From a virus, in the IMG/VR virus record IMGVR_UViG_3300045988_140174, positions 1 to 34,573 of that record: a stretch of DNA of 34,573 bases; one strand, 5' to 3'. A program made the position numbers and the translations under genes. Of the stretch, positions 12,360 through 25,474 are shown one piece after another (position 1 is the first letter of the stretch; each line of letters starts with the position of its first letter). Under the pieces are notes generated by a model. The model was given only the letters and a program-made list of their open reading frames with translations, searched no databases and had not been told where the DNA came from.

Positions 12360-15170
12360 TTATAGCAATCTTGGAGGGGCTTTTGTAGCCACTACAGTCA
12401 TCATACCATTATGATTTAACTAAATGGTAATTTTATTTAAAATATATTCTCCATGTATATCACTTTTATTATCATCAACTGTAATAATTGTATTTGGTTC
12501 TAAATAATAAACAGGGACAGATTTTAAATTTATTTTTTCATTCAAATAAGCATATTGATATAATAAATTATTCAATTCATCATATGTTGTTTTACCCTAA
12601 GATGAAATAACAAATTTATCTTCATACATTTTAGGTAATGGTATATAAGCATATCCATCCTATAATAAATTTTGTTTCTAATATAAGCTATATTTTTCAG
12701 GACTAATATAAATTATATTAGGAGTATCCCTATAAATAATAGATTTAATAGCATCATTATTAACAATTTTCGGCCTATCTCCAATAGCTTTCACAGAGTA
12801 CTTGCCTATCGTACATTCTGAATCTTCTATAAAATCCATCCAAAATTCTAATGTAGAAGGGTCAGTAATATATTTTCTATTCCATCCATAATACTCTTTT
12901 TCATTATCTGGTAATGGCATCTACTCCTCAGGTTTTTGTGGATTCGGCATGCCAACAAAATAATTTTTATAATCAGTTGTTGTAGGATTATATATTTTTC
13001 TCCAATATGCTAATAAATCAGCATAATAACTTTCATAACCAGTACATCCATTTTTAAATTCTGGATTATTTTGAGTTAATTTTACTGCATAATCATCATT
13101 ATGTCCATATTTCTCATAATCTAATGCCATTTGATAAATTAATTCACGCCAATTCTATTTTACATAATACTATGTATTTTTATCTTGGTCTGGCATTACT
13201 GGCTAATACACATAAGCCTTGCCGCCTTTTTGATATAAAGGATCAAACCAACTTGCCCAGGGATGCGTACACATAGAACCATGTCCAGTATATCCTATAC
13301 TACCATCTGACAATAAATCAAAAACATATAATTTTTTATTTTCCCAATCATTCCACTAACCATAACTTGAACTGCAGGAAGTGCCATAAAATTTTTTCAT
13401 TAACTCATCATTATGACATTCACCATAAAGAGAAGCAATATCTATATTTACTCCTCCATTTTTCCCATCATAATAGTCTCCCAGCTCTCTATCAGGATAC
13501 TATCCTAAATATAACTTATAAAGTTCAGCCCAGTCTTTAACATCCCACCATTGTTCATCAAGAGCAGTTCCCTATAAAGTATCTTTTGGATTAGGAGTTT
13601 TTACAAATTCTCCAGTTTTTAGTGGATCATAAGAACGATAAACTCTTCCATCAATTGTAGTATATTTTTTAGGTTTTTCATCAATAGCATATCGTAAATG
13701 AATGGGTACGCCTTCACTATTCGCAGTAGTTGGATTCTTTTTGCCCCAAATCATAAAATTATTTTTTATTTTAGAAAAATCAGGAGTATGCTAAAATGAA
13801 GAAATTAAAACATTATCTGAAAAATTATAAGAACTTTTTGAAGCTAACATTGCAACTTCTGCATAAATCTAATTATAAGTATACTAATTATCATGCTTTT
13901 CATAAATAGAATTTAATTTTTCATCTTCTTCAGGATTAACTGAATCTGTAGTTTTTATCATACTAGTCCAAGACTAATTTACATAAGTCCGCTTTTTCTA
14001 AAAAACAAATTGTCCATCAAGATTATAAAAATATTCATAATCTCCAAAAGTAGAACAAATTTTATCAAGCACTGAAGTGATTGTATCTCCTACATTAACT
14101 ACCAAACCATCTTCATCAGGCCAATATAAATCTACTGCTCGATATCCAGCCGTACCAGTACCACTAATTTTAGAAACATAATATCCTATTTTATCATTAG
14201 GACTATCTTTTACTTTAGTTTTAAAAGTATTTGAACCAATTTCAGTTAATTCACTATCTGTCAATTGATTTAATTGGACTTTTTTCCCAGTAGTAGTATA
14301 TTTTGTTAAAGTTGTATCAAAAGTAATATTGACATAAATACCATTATCATCTAAAAAAGCATAAAAATCACCATCAGTATATCGTAATAATTCTAAACCT
14401 TTATCATCAACATCTTTAATTAAAATATTATGAAAAGGCTCATTTCCATAAAAATGGATCATTTCACGAATAATATATGTGATAGGACGTCTTATTTTTT
14501 TATATTTTTTAATTTCTCCACTAATACTATCTTTAACTTCAACAATACCCAACATTAATTCATTATTTTGCTATTCGGTTAAATATGCTATACCTTCATC
14601 AGTTAAATATTGAGTTTCAGTATTTTTATCAATTCTCCAATGTAAATTTTTTATTAAATTATATTTTACAATTAATTCAGATACATTTAAATTTTCTTCA
14701 TCATATTCAACTAATTCTATTGCAAAATCAATTGGATTAGGAAAATTTCCTCCAATATCACCATTTAATAAACACATTTTATCTTTTCCTGAAATAGCAA
14801 TTTTACATCCAGTAGAAGTAAGTGTTGTATTAAAAGCAGTAATTAAAAACATACCTTGCGGGAACCAAATTAAATCATCATAATCAGAATCAATATTATT
14901 AATTAGGCCAATATAAAGATTAAATTTAGTTGTTAATCCCCAATATACATCAGTAATATTTACTCCTTCAGATACTAATTGTACTGAACAAGAACGACGA
15001 ACAGCGGAGGACCCATCAATATTGATGGATCCTCCAGAAGCTTTGCCTTCAATCGATTCAACAGGTTCTTCATCTTTATTTAAACTTACAATTTTAATAA
15101 AAACTTCTTTCTAGTTGTCTAAATCTAACTATTTCAAAAAATGAGTATCTAACAAAGGATTATTTTTCAT
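12360..15170 (-). CDS. Phage structural / baseplate protein, 936 aa. Contains in-frame TAG codons.
   Basis: ATG 15168-15170 overlaps the TGA of the upstream gene (ATGA); TAA stop 12360-12362. Fragments 14571..14852, 13998..14555, 13572..13754, 12921..13130 and 12678..12920 share one frame and each ends in cta. Full hand translation found no TAA/TGA and about 22 TAG. Confidence 0.75.
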
Positions 15171-18100
15171 TGATACATACCCGCCTCTATCTCTTTAGTA
15201 AACCCTCTATCGAGAGCTAATATAAATTTATTCCAAGCATCTTTTACTGCTTCAATTAATTCACGCATCTATTTATCTTTTGATACAGTATCATTAATAT
15301 CATAATAGTCATAAAATCGTGTTGATAGGAATCCTCTAAAAATAGTAAGATATTTTTCATATTCAATCTAATAATATTCAGCTTTTGTTTTATAATTTTC
15401 TTGTTTATTAGTGTAAATAGTAATTAAAAATTCTGCCTATTCAATCGCGTCTTTATAAGCATTTATATCTTTGTTTAAAACATTTTCAATATACCAATAA
15501 AAAATTCCCATACTTGTAATTGAAGAATAATTTTCATTAGGGTTAGATAATTTAGGTAAATTAGTAAATAATTCAATTAATAATGGATCAATTCTATATT
15601 CATTAAATAATTGAGTATTACACCAATAGCACAATTCTGAAATTTTTGCCAATCCTTTTAACATTAATAAATGCTGATATCTTACTTCATTAATAGTAGG
15701 ATTTGTTTTTGAAATATTTACCTTATATTCTGACAAATTATTTAAAGATTTTATTTTATCCTAAATAAAAATTTTATTGCCTAAAGATTTATAACTTCTT
15801 AATAGAGTGGTATATAATCCATCTAAATTAGAATTATATAACTCTAATACTGATTTTAATGTACCATAATCAGATAATGCATTATCTCCACCAGTATTAT
15901 TAGAAATAAAATTAGAACGTGTTTTATAAGTATAATTTATAATATTATCAATAATATTGCGTTCAGGATGTTTTTTAATATCTTCACTATCACTTTGATT
16001 TTCTTCACTTAAAACAGTAGAAATAAATTTATTATTAGAATATAAATTAAATGTTCCCTATTGTAAATTAGCAAGTTTAGTAGCAGTTAAATATGGTTCA
16101 ATAAAATTATAATTATTATTTTTCTAATCATTCGCTGATACTGCTAATTGATTAAAATAATCAATAAAACTTTTTATTAAATAATCTTTTTCATTCAAAT
16201 AATAATCTACATTTAAATCATAATTATTTAAAGTAGCTTGTTTATAAAAATTATTTTCTAAATAATAATATTTTCCCAGAGTTAAGAAAATATCATTTTT
16301 TTCAATTTTTCCTACTAATTTATAGGTTGAAGTATTTATGCCATTACTAACCAATAGCTATTGATAATTTGTAATAGTAGAATTATAATTAGTTATTATA
16401 GTATTAGCATCTAATAAACGAGAAAATCCAGTATTCATATAATTATTTGTAGCATTTGGAGTAATTAAATCAATAATAGCATCTAAAACATATTTATATC
16501 CATTTTCTTTTACTGGTAAACAGGTATTATCAATAATATATAATAGTTTATTAATTTTAGCTATACGAATATTAGTGGCTTCAAGATTATAAGTATTCTA
16601 ATCAAATTCAATACTATTAAAAATTGAATTATCTCCTTCATCTAAATTATTTCCTTCAATATCTAAAATAATATTACGATTAGAACTAGATCGAATAGTA
16701 CTTTGTATAGAAGACCCTAATTTAGTTATATAAGAATCTGAATATTTACGATTATTCTTCTCATAATAATAGAATGAATATAATAATCGATCTCTAAAAG
16801 CTAAACAATATAAAAGATCTCTTTTTCTATCATTCCACCAACCTGAGAATGTAATAGATTTCTATAAATAATAATTTAACTTAGATGATAAACTAGTACT
16901 ATCATTTATAATTAAATTAGGCCAATTTAATTCTTTTGCTGACTAACAAACATAATCTAATTTATCTGCCGCTAAAATAAATTTAATAATAGAAGAACTG
17001 TCTTCATCTTCCAAGCCATTCTATTCAGTACCGCCTTGTAATTTTAAATTTAAGGCAGTATAATCAGAAGCAATAGTATTTCCTATATCAATTAAACTAG
17101 ATACCTAAAATAAATCCTTTAGAGTATCCATATTGTCTAAATCAATTTTAGTATTTTTTAATTTCTCAATTAAATCAATACAAGCATCAAAAGGATATAA
17201 AAAATTATCATTATCATCAGTGCCAATAAAATTAATAAATGCTTTAGTATCAGAATCTAAATTATCAGTCTATCCTAATAATTTATTTAAATTTCTACGA
17301 GATTGTTTTAAACGTCCATAATACCATAAAATTTCATGTATGCCACCCAAAACTTTTTGATATAATAATTTATCTAAAGCATCATCGTCATCTTGGTCTT
17401 TTATAATAGCTAAATATCCTATTATAGTATCATATAATCCTTGAATAGAAGTCCAAGCATCAATATAATAATTCATTTGAATCCGGCGCGCCTCAGCTTC
17501 AGAAGTATTAGTGCTACCTAACCCTGCTGAAACTCTATTATAATGATTTTTTATATTAGTTAAAATCTCAGTAATATTAATTGAAGATTCAATTTGCTCA
17601 AGATTATCTTTTATTGAATTATAATTAGAAGAAGTAACATTTGTTAATTGATTAGCTATACTCTAATAAATTAAACAATATAACCACAATGCTGCTTTAT
17701 ATCTATAAACAATTGCATTATAACCATCATCAGTAAGAGTTTGACCATTTTTATCAGTGATTTCATAAATTTGATTTAATAAACCACCATAATCATTCGC
17801 AATTGAATTAGCATTTTCAATAGCAGAATTCTAATTATTATAAAGAGATTGTAATAAAGAATCTAATTTATTTAATTTAGAATTAATACCTTCTTTAGTC
17901 GGCTGCTAAATTAAATCTAATAAATCCTATTCTTCTTCATCCTATAATTTTAATTCAGTATACATACCTTTATTTATCTACATTCGCTTAATTGTTTTTA
18001 ATACTTCTTTTTTTATTTCAGCTTTCTTCTCTTCAGTAATATTATTTGACCATAAATCAACAATATTAAAATTCTTTAATGCTGCTGGTTTCATAGTATT

Positions 18101-21100
18101 TAAAATTTCATTAATAATATTGCGATCCTGCCAATTAATTATTCTCTCTAAACGAGATTGATGATCATTTAAATCTTCATAAGGAATATTATTTGATTCT
18201 GATAAACCATTTAATAAAGTATTATAACTGCGAGTTAAAGTTAAATATTTCTAAAAATTATTATCAGCTTCTGCTATTAATTCATAATTACGATATAAAG
18301 CTCTTAAAAATTCTGATTGCTATATATAATTATCTTTCGCGCGTCTTGTTTCACTATCATTTACTTCAGTATAATAATCTAAAATCTCTAACTAAAATGT
18401 TGCTTCCGCGATTAATCCTGTGCCAATTTTAATTATATCAGGAGATTTTAAATTAGAAAAATATCTATTATCATCATACTCTAACTCTACAGAATTATTA
18501 AAACGAATATAAAAATCTTTAATCTAATCTTGCTATACAATTGATTTAGCAATATTATTTTCATCTACAGTCCAATCAGTATGATAAAATTCAGGGACTG
18601 GATTATAGTCTTCTTTATTCAACCAACGAATAGCTGTTGATAAATAATCTTTTTCATGAATTAATTCATTATTATTTTTTATAGTTTTATAGAATGTAGC
18701 ATTTTTTAATAAATCTTCTAAAGATTTTATCTAAGCGTCATAAAAATCATTAATAGCTTTATGATCAAACATAATAGCAGTTTGTAATTTTTTTTCTCTT
18801 AAATCATTTAATGCTTTAATTTGATTATTAATATAATCTTGATATTTATCTGTAGCCCCTTTAGGAATAATATAAACATCCTTAACTAATTTATATTTTC
18901 CATCTTTTTCAACATACAACTCTAATTCATCATTTAAATATGTCTTTTTATTTTTAATTAAAACATAATATAATCCAACTTCTTCGTCATATTGAATGTC
19001 ATGTAATTTTTCATAACGATATTTTTCATTGATATAAAATGAAGTGTCAAAATCGTCAATCACTGATTTCCAATAACAGTCATAATATTGACCGGTCTTT
19101 ACTCCAAAAATATTAGTACGCTATGTTGGCATCCAAGAATCAAATTGAGGGAAATACTCGTACATCTAAAATACACAAAATTCATCATTTACATTAAAAT
19201 ATTCTCTTACTTTTGGAGTTAATTCATCTATTGGATAGGGCTATCCAAAAGGAGAAACAGAATATAATAAATACTGACTACCAAAATTTTCTTCATAATC
19301 ATATTTAGAATAACTACCATCTGCTTGAGGTAGACACACATGCGTTGCTTTCCCATCACTAATAGCCCAAGGCACTCCAGATGGATTAGCCGCAGTTATT
19401 TTTGCCCATCCTTCAGGAGTTACATATTCATAAGGGACCGCATAAATAGGTATTAATTCACGTACTTTTATATGTAATTGTTCTAAATTTAAAACTTTTA
19501 ATTTGTCTCTGGTGTAATTATGGAATTGAGTATTAATATAAGACATAATGTTGCCAGGCTCAAATCCTTTGGCAGCTAAAGTATCATAAATTTTTTCAAA
19601 TGCAGAATTTACATCTAATTTATTTAATACAATTCTCTCATTTAAAGAACTCAAAGCATTTCTAAATTTATTAATATCTGACTCAGTTAAAGACTAATCT
19701 TTCTATTTAGTAACTAAAGTATCTAATTCAGTTAATACTGGATTAACTCCCACAAACTAATGGCTTAAAATCGTCTTTAATTTTACTTCAGTAATTGCAT
19801 CAAAATTTCCGTATCGTACTCCTTGATATTGGCACTCTAAAATACCTACTGGATGAGTGTATTCATCATTAGGTATTCTAATACGACTTATTTTTCGGCT
19901 TGAATTATTATAAGTATATGAGCCAGTAATTCCAATTAAAATTTCATCTTCTGTCTTTTCTGATATATCTCCGTAAGTTAAGAAAATACTAGATCCAGGC
20001 AATAAATCTTGAACAGAAAATTGACTAATATTATTAGATTCAAAATCTATAATAATATCCATGCCAGGCTCATATTCATTTAAATAATAACTGCGCCATA
20101 ATGAAACATATTTACTAACAATATCAGATTTTATAAATCCGTATTTTAATAAATTTTCATAAGTTAAATCCGCTATTTCAACACATTGTCCGGTAAAAGA
20201 ATGAAGCATGCGCCCTAGTGTATCTACTGGAGACATAGAAACATTCATAATACGAATGATAAAATTCCCTTCTGGCCCAGACCGGAATAATTTAGGCTAT
20301 CCATTATTTAACCAATCTAAGACTTCCATTTTAAAATTGCGCTCTTTATGAATATTATTTTCAATTAAATCACAAGGATTTTCTAATATTTTTTCCATGC
20401 GATTAAAAAATTCTGTACTGTTTTTAATATCAGCATGGTCAGTACAAGTTCTAATATAGTCTTGAATTTCTCTATCATAAAATAAAATTTCATCATCCAT
20501 TTGGTAAGAAATTAATCCACTAATAGGAAATTCTTTATAAGCAACTTTTCCATTTCTGAAAATAAAGGGAAATTTATTGCCAATTGTATTTGTTTTTTGT
20601 TCGAGTATTGTAGTTTTAAATGAAGATACTTTAGGATTGAATTTTACTTTTAAAACTCTATCTCCATCATATAAAAAGATATCTTCAAAATCAACTGAAA
20701 CAGGTTCACTTTCAATGCGAGAAGAATAAATACCAAACAAATTATATTGAATTATACCATAAATATATTTAACACCTTGTTTAACGGTATAATCATTATA
20801 ATCTATTAATGATGGTTTCATATTTTCAAGTTTAAATCGTTTTAATTCTAACCAAGAACGATATTCATCTTCTTCGCTGGCCCTCACTAAAATGTATTGA
20901 CCAAAATAAGTATCTTCTTGTTTATCTACTTGGTATTCAATATTAGAATCATATCCTAAAATATGTAAATATTCTTTAGCTAATTCAGTAGATAAACCAG
21001 CTGTAGTAATAATATTTTGACATAAGTTAATTAAACTCTAATCTGTAACAATCTGGTCTAACTCTGTTTCATCAACATTTATAGAATCCTATAAATAATT

Positions 21101-22435
21101 TAAATAAGAATTTACTCTATTCTATAAAATAATATTTAAATTTTTATATCCTTCAAATGAAGTAGCAATATATACTGTAGTATTCCATAAAAATTTACTA
21201 AATAAATTATAATAATTTATTTCTTCTTTTTCTTTACCAATATTTTCTATAACAGAACCTAAATATTCTCCTAAATATAAATCAAATTCTTTTGATTCCA
21301 TAATTAAAGACTCTAAAATACCAGTAGAAATACCACACATATCATTTAATAATGAAACATTATCTCGTAAATATATTCTATACTTTTCTAAAATATTGAC
21401 AACAAATCCTGACTCCTAAATTTGATCAACCCATTCTTTAATTTGCGGGTTATCTGAACTATTTGTTCCTTGATAGAATCGTTTTAATTTTGTCATTAAA
21501 TTTTTAGAATAATTATAATAAGTATTAATACGAGTCATTTCCTTAATAACATTTTCTTGACGAACTACTCGTTCAATACCATGAAAATTAACATTAATAC
21601 ATCCACTATTTGGGTGAGGTTCTGTTGTGATTGAAATACTTTTACTAGGGGCTAATAAAGTTTCTGCTGTTACTCTATACATTGGGCTTGATGCCACATA
21701 TCCATTTAAAGTTGTAACAGTATAAACTAATTTATAAACTTCACTAGTTTTAATGAAACTACTTAAAACGGCTGAATCAGTAGATATTCCATATTCAATA
21801 TCATTAGAATTATTATGTAATAATTCACCAGTAGTATAATATAATTCCCCTTCTTCTGTATAAAATGAAAAATTATAAGAATATACTTTTTCACTCTAAT
21901 CAAAATCAGAAGATAATTCATACAAACCGAATAAATTATTATTAAATAAATTAATACTATCAATTGAATATCCTTTAACTGAAATTTTAGGCTCCTGAAT
22001 ACATTTAATAATACCAATAGTAGAATAGTATCCTGTTAACTTTTTAATAACATCAACTGTAACAGTTTCTTTCGTGTCAGGGTCTTCTTTTGTTTCAGTC
22101 TATGTATATTGTGAAATATAAGCTAATTGTACTTTGTAATACTAGCCTTCATTTAATAAGGCTCCCTAAGAAGGAGGTATAGTAAATGTAACAGTAGAAT
22201 TAGCAGTATTAAAATCCATTGATTCAATTGGATTAAATAAATAAGTATTTGTTGAAGCAGTTTTTAATCGCAAAACAAATCCAACAAATTCTTTATCATT
22301 AACTGCGGCACTCGCAGTAAAAGGAATTGTAATCTAAATATCCTTTAATACTTTCGTGTCGCCTGTTTCAATATAACTCTTACAAAAAGCAGGTAAAGTA
22401 CCTGCTATTACAGGAGGATATAATCTTTCAGGCAT
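15167..22435 (-). CDS. Giant tail-tip / baseplate protein, 2422 aa, in the position usually held by the tail-associated lysin / hub (Tal). Contains in-frame TAG codons.
   Basis: ATG 22433-22435 preceded by AAAGGAGAA; TGA stop 15167-15169. Twelve ORF-track fragments (15437..15736 through 21416..21697) are all in one frame, and the stops checked are cta. Full hand translation found about 41 in-frame TAG and no TAA/TGA before 15167. N-terminus MPERLYPPVIAGTLPAFCKSYIETGDTKVLKDI... Confidence 0.75.
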
Positions 22436-22461
22436 AGTCATTCTCCTTTACCACATAATTA

Positions 22462-25362
22462 TTATTTATTTTCTAATGCTTGGATACGTTTTATTAAATT
22501 TGGAATCGTTGTTTGCTATAATGTAGTGAAACTTGTTTCCAAAGTTTTAACGCGTGATTCTAATGTAGCACATCTATCAATTAAAGTTTTAATAGCAGAA
22601 TTTGAAGATAGATTGCATTGGACAGGGACTCCATTTAAAAAATATACTGGATTTTCAGAACTTCCAACATTTAATAAAGCTTCATGCTCAGCATCCACCA
22701 AATTCTAAGCATTCTAAGCTGAAGTCGCAGTTTTTATCCAAGCTTCTCCCTAATCATTTATTTTAAATATATTCTTTTTATCATCAAAAGCGTATAAACC
22801 ATATTCTTCTAAATTATTATTATTTTTAAATGTACCCATTAGTACACCTTTAGTCTAATTACTATTTAATTGTCCTACTGTAGTAGAAATTAATTGTAAA
22901 GTTTCGTCATTAAAATCAATAACTGCCCCTTGTAAATCATTCCACATTGCAATAGGATAATTATTTTTAATCACTACAATAGGCTATATCCATACTATTT
23001 TGTCTGTTTTATTCTATGCCTATACATAGAGACAAGTTGAATTATTATCTTGAGAGGAAAATACAGTAGGCGGAATAATTATATTATTTTCAAATTTCCA
23101 CTATGTTAAAATTTTGTTCTCATCATTTTTAATATTATTCTGCAAGCTCCAATTTAAATTTTCAGATACAGTTTCAAACCCATCCATTTCAGTTGTATAT
23201 TTAAAAATTTGATAATTAGTTTTTTCATATACCGGTTTTTTACCAGTAATATCATAAGTTATTATAGAGCATCCATCAGCACAAACATATTCTGGATTAA
23301 ATGTAGTAGGAATACTAATATATCCCTCTAAATTATTATTATTATAAGTTCCTTTTACTTTAACAACTAATTTTGATAAAAGATTAATATCAGATTCTGT
23401 TAATGCTTCATGAATTTTAATAATATTATCCACTAATGAAATCTTATCAGAATTTAAAGAATTATAATACCATTCATAAGTTAATTCAATATCAGAACGT
23501 CCTTGCCAAGTATAATCATATAAATTAGCAACTATTCGATACTCCTTATCTTGAGAAATAGGACAAATAACTTTACAATCTTTATACTAATCTTTAATTT
23601 TTTCTTGTAATGATAATTGAAGCACACAATTAGCCCCAGAAGAGCCGCTATTACCAAATAATAATTCAATTGAACTGGTGTATATCTAATTATTAATTTC
23701 AATTTCACATTTAATTGTATTATTTCTAAAAAGTGGATTATATAAAGAGTTAATTCTAAAAGGTATATAATATATTTTAGTTGTAGGATTTAAATAGTCA
23801 TACATAGGAGCAGTATTTTTATCAGTATTTAATATATGCTCAAACTCATACTCATCATGCTTATTTATCTTTCCATTTTCCACTGGAATAATCATTGTTT
23901 TTTTAGAAGGTAGCATATATCGTAATCGAACACCGTTTGTCAATGTTGTAGTCTTACTAGTATCTTTGCTATTAAATTCTACCGCAATATAATGGATTTT
24001 TTCTCCATTAGAACGAGCTAATAATTGGTTATCTTGTCCATATATATAAAATGTATTATTGTTATTATTCGTAAATAAATTTAAACCAGCTAATAAACCA
24101 ATATCTGGATTATATAATGTATTTGTATAAGAACATGACTAAGAATATCCTAAAACTTCTCTTGTTCCTATTTTACCTTTAAAATAAATCCTATATGGTT
24201 GAGTAAAAATCTAATCTCCTAAACGAAGAGAGGTAGAAATTGTATTACCCGCAAGAATAGGAATCTCATCATAGCTGCCATCTGCTCTTACACCTAAGCG
24301 CCACCAACCTTGACCAAATACCGAACTGTTTTCAGTTACATCTTTATCATAAGAATATAACCATATTTCTGCCCCAGTAAATGTAGCCAAAGTCCCCGAA
24401 GTCATATCTATAACTCTAAACCCCATTGTAACCTTACGCTTTTCTTCATCTTGAGAGGGAGTGAACTAATATCTATTGCTACCTCTTGGATATAAATAAA
24501 CGCCAATATTACTATCAGTTGTAATATCTGAAAAATTACTTTTATAATATCCTAAATATAAATTTATATTTTTAAAAACAATTGAAAAAGAATCTGAACT
24601 ATCAATTTTATTATTATCACTATCGTAAAAATTGCCATTTTCCCATAATTCAATTTGGATATCATTAATAATTAAATTAGTAACATCTATATCAAAATAT
24701 TGAGAAGTATAACCTCCTGTTTTATATGCACTTAAAAATAACATATCTTTATTAGAGGATATTGTTGTGGTCTGTCGAGTAAATGTTTTTAATTCTTTTG
24801 TGGTCTAATCTTTTCCACTTAATATAATACGAATACCATAAGTACCTTTATTTAAAGTTTTTGTGCCATTATATAAATCAGCCATTAAATTATAAGAAAT
24901 ACGTAAAGTTGTATATCCTACTAATTCATTATTATTTATATAACTTTGAGGGCCCATAATAGTTTTACTAGATTCTCGACCCTCAGAAGTAGGAATTACT
25001 GTAATTTCTTTACTCTAATTAAAAAGCTAATTAGCTGCATAAAAAGTTTTAGAATCATCTTTACCGATTACTTCATAATCACTAATTACACGTCCAGTAA
25101 TCAATTTCTTACCAGAAAAATCACCTTGTGGGATTAATACATAAACTTCTTCATTAAGAGCATAAGATTTATCTTTTTCATTAACAAAAACTGTTAATTT
25201 AGCTCCTTTATAATTTACAATATATTTCTATGCTCCTTCAATACTTTCAGGAACACTTTCTATTACTCCAACTATTGTCTAGTCAAATGGTAAATTCTAT
25301 AATCGAGCAGATACAATTGTGTCTACTGATCGGAATATTTTTTCATTTAATTCATTAGACAT
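22462..25362 (-). CDS. Tail/baseplate structural protein, 966 aa, in the distal-tail-protein (Dit) position directly after the TMP. Contains in-frame TAG codons.
   Basis: ATG 25360-25362 preceded by AAAAGGAGAA, with an in-frame TGA 7 codons upstream; TAA stop 22462-22464. Fragments 24466..24744, 24211..24426, 23686..23943, 23101..23433 and 22516..22701 are in one frame. Full hand translation reproduced each fragment's peptide and found about 20 TAG. C-terminal coiled-coil-like tail ATLESRVKTLETSFTTLxQTTIPNLIKRIQALENK. Confidence 0.75.
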
Positions 25363-25436
25363 AATTCGTTCTCCTTTTTCTCATATTCTAATAAATTTTG
25401 AGAAAAAATCTTATTTTATTATTTATATTTGACCAA

Positions 25437-25469
25437 TAAAAAAATGGCGAGGTAATTAAACCTCGCCAT
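25437..25469 (-). terminator. Rho-independent terminator immediately after the TMP stop codon.
   Basis: Perfect 10-bp inverted repeat ATGGCGAGGT (25444-25453) / ACCTCGCCAT (25460-25469) with a 6-nt loop. On the plus strand it is preceded by A7, which gives a U-run after the hairpin on the minus strand. It lies 6 nt below the TAA at 25475-25477. Confidence 0.7.
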
Positions 25470-25474
25470 TTAAA

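Noticed and set aside
25363-25436. A promoter in the gap between the TMP terminator and the 966-aa gene (TAGAAT / TTGGTC-like hexamers).
   Set aside because: No -35/-10 pair with acceptable spacing. The best -10-like hexamer, TAGAAT, has no plausible -35 at 16-18 nt.
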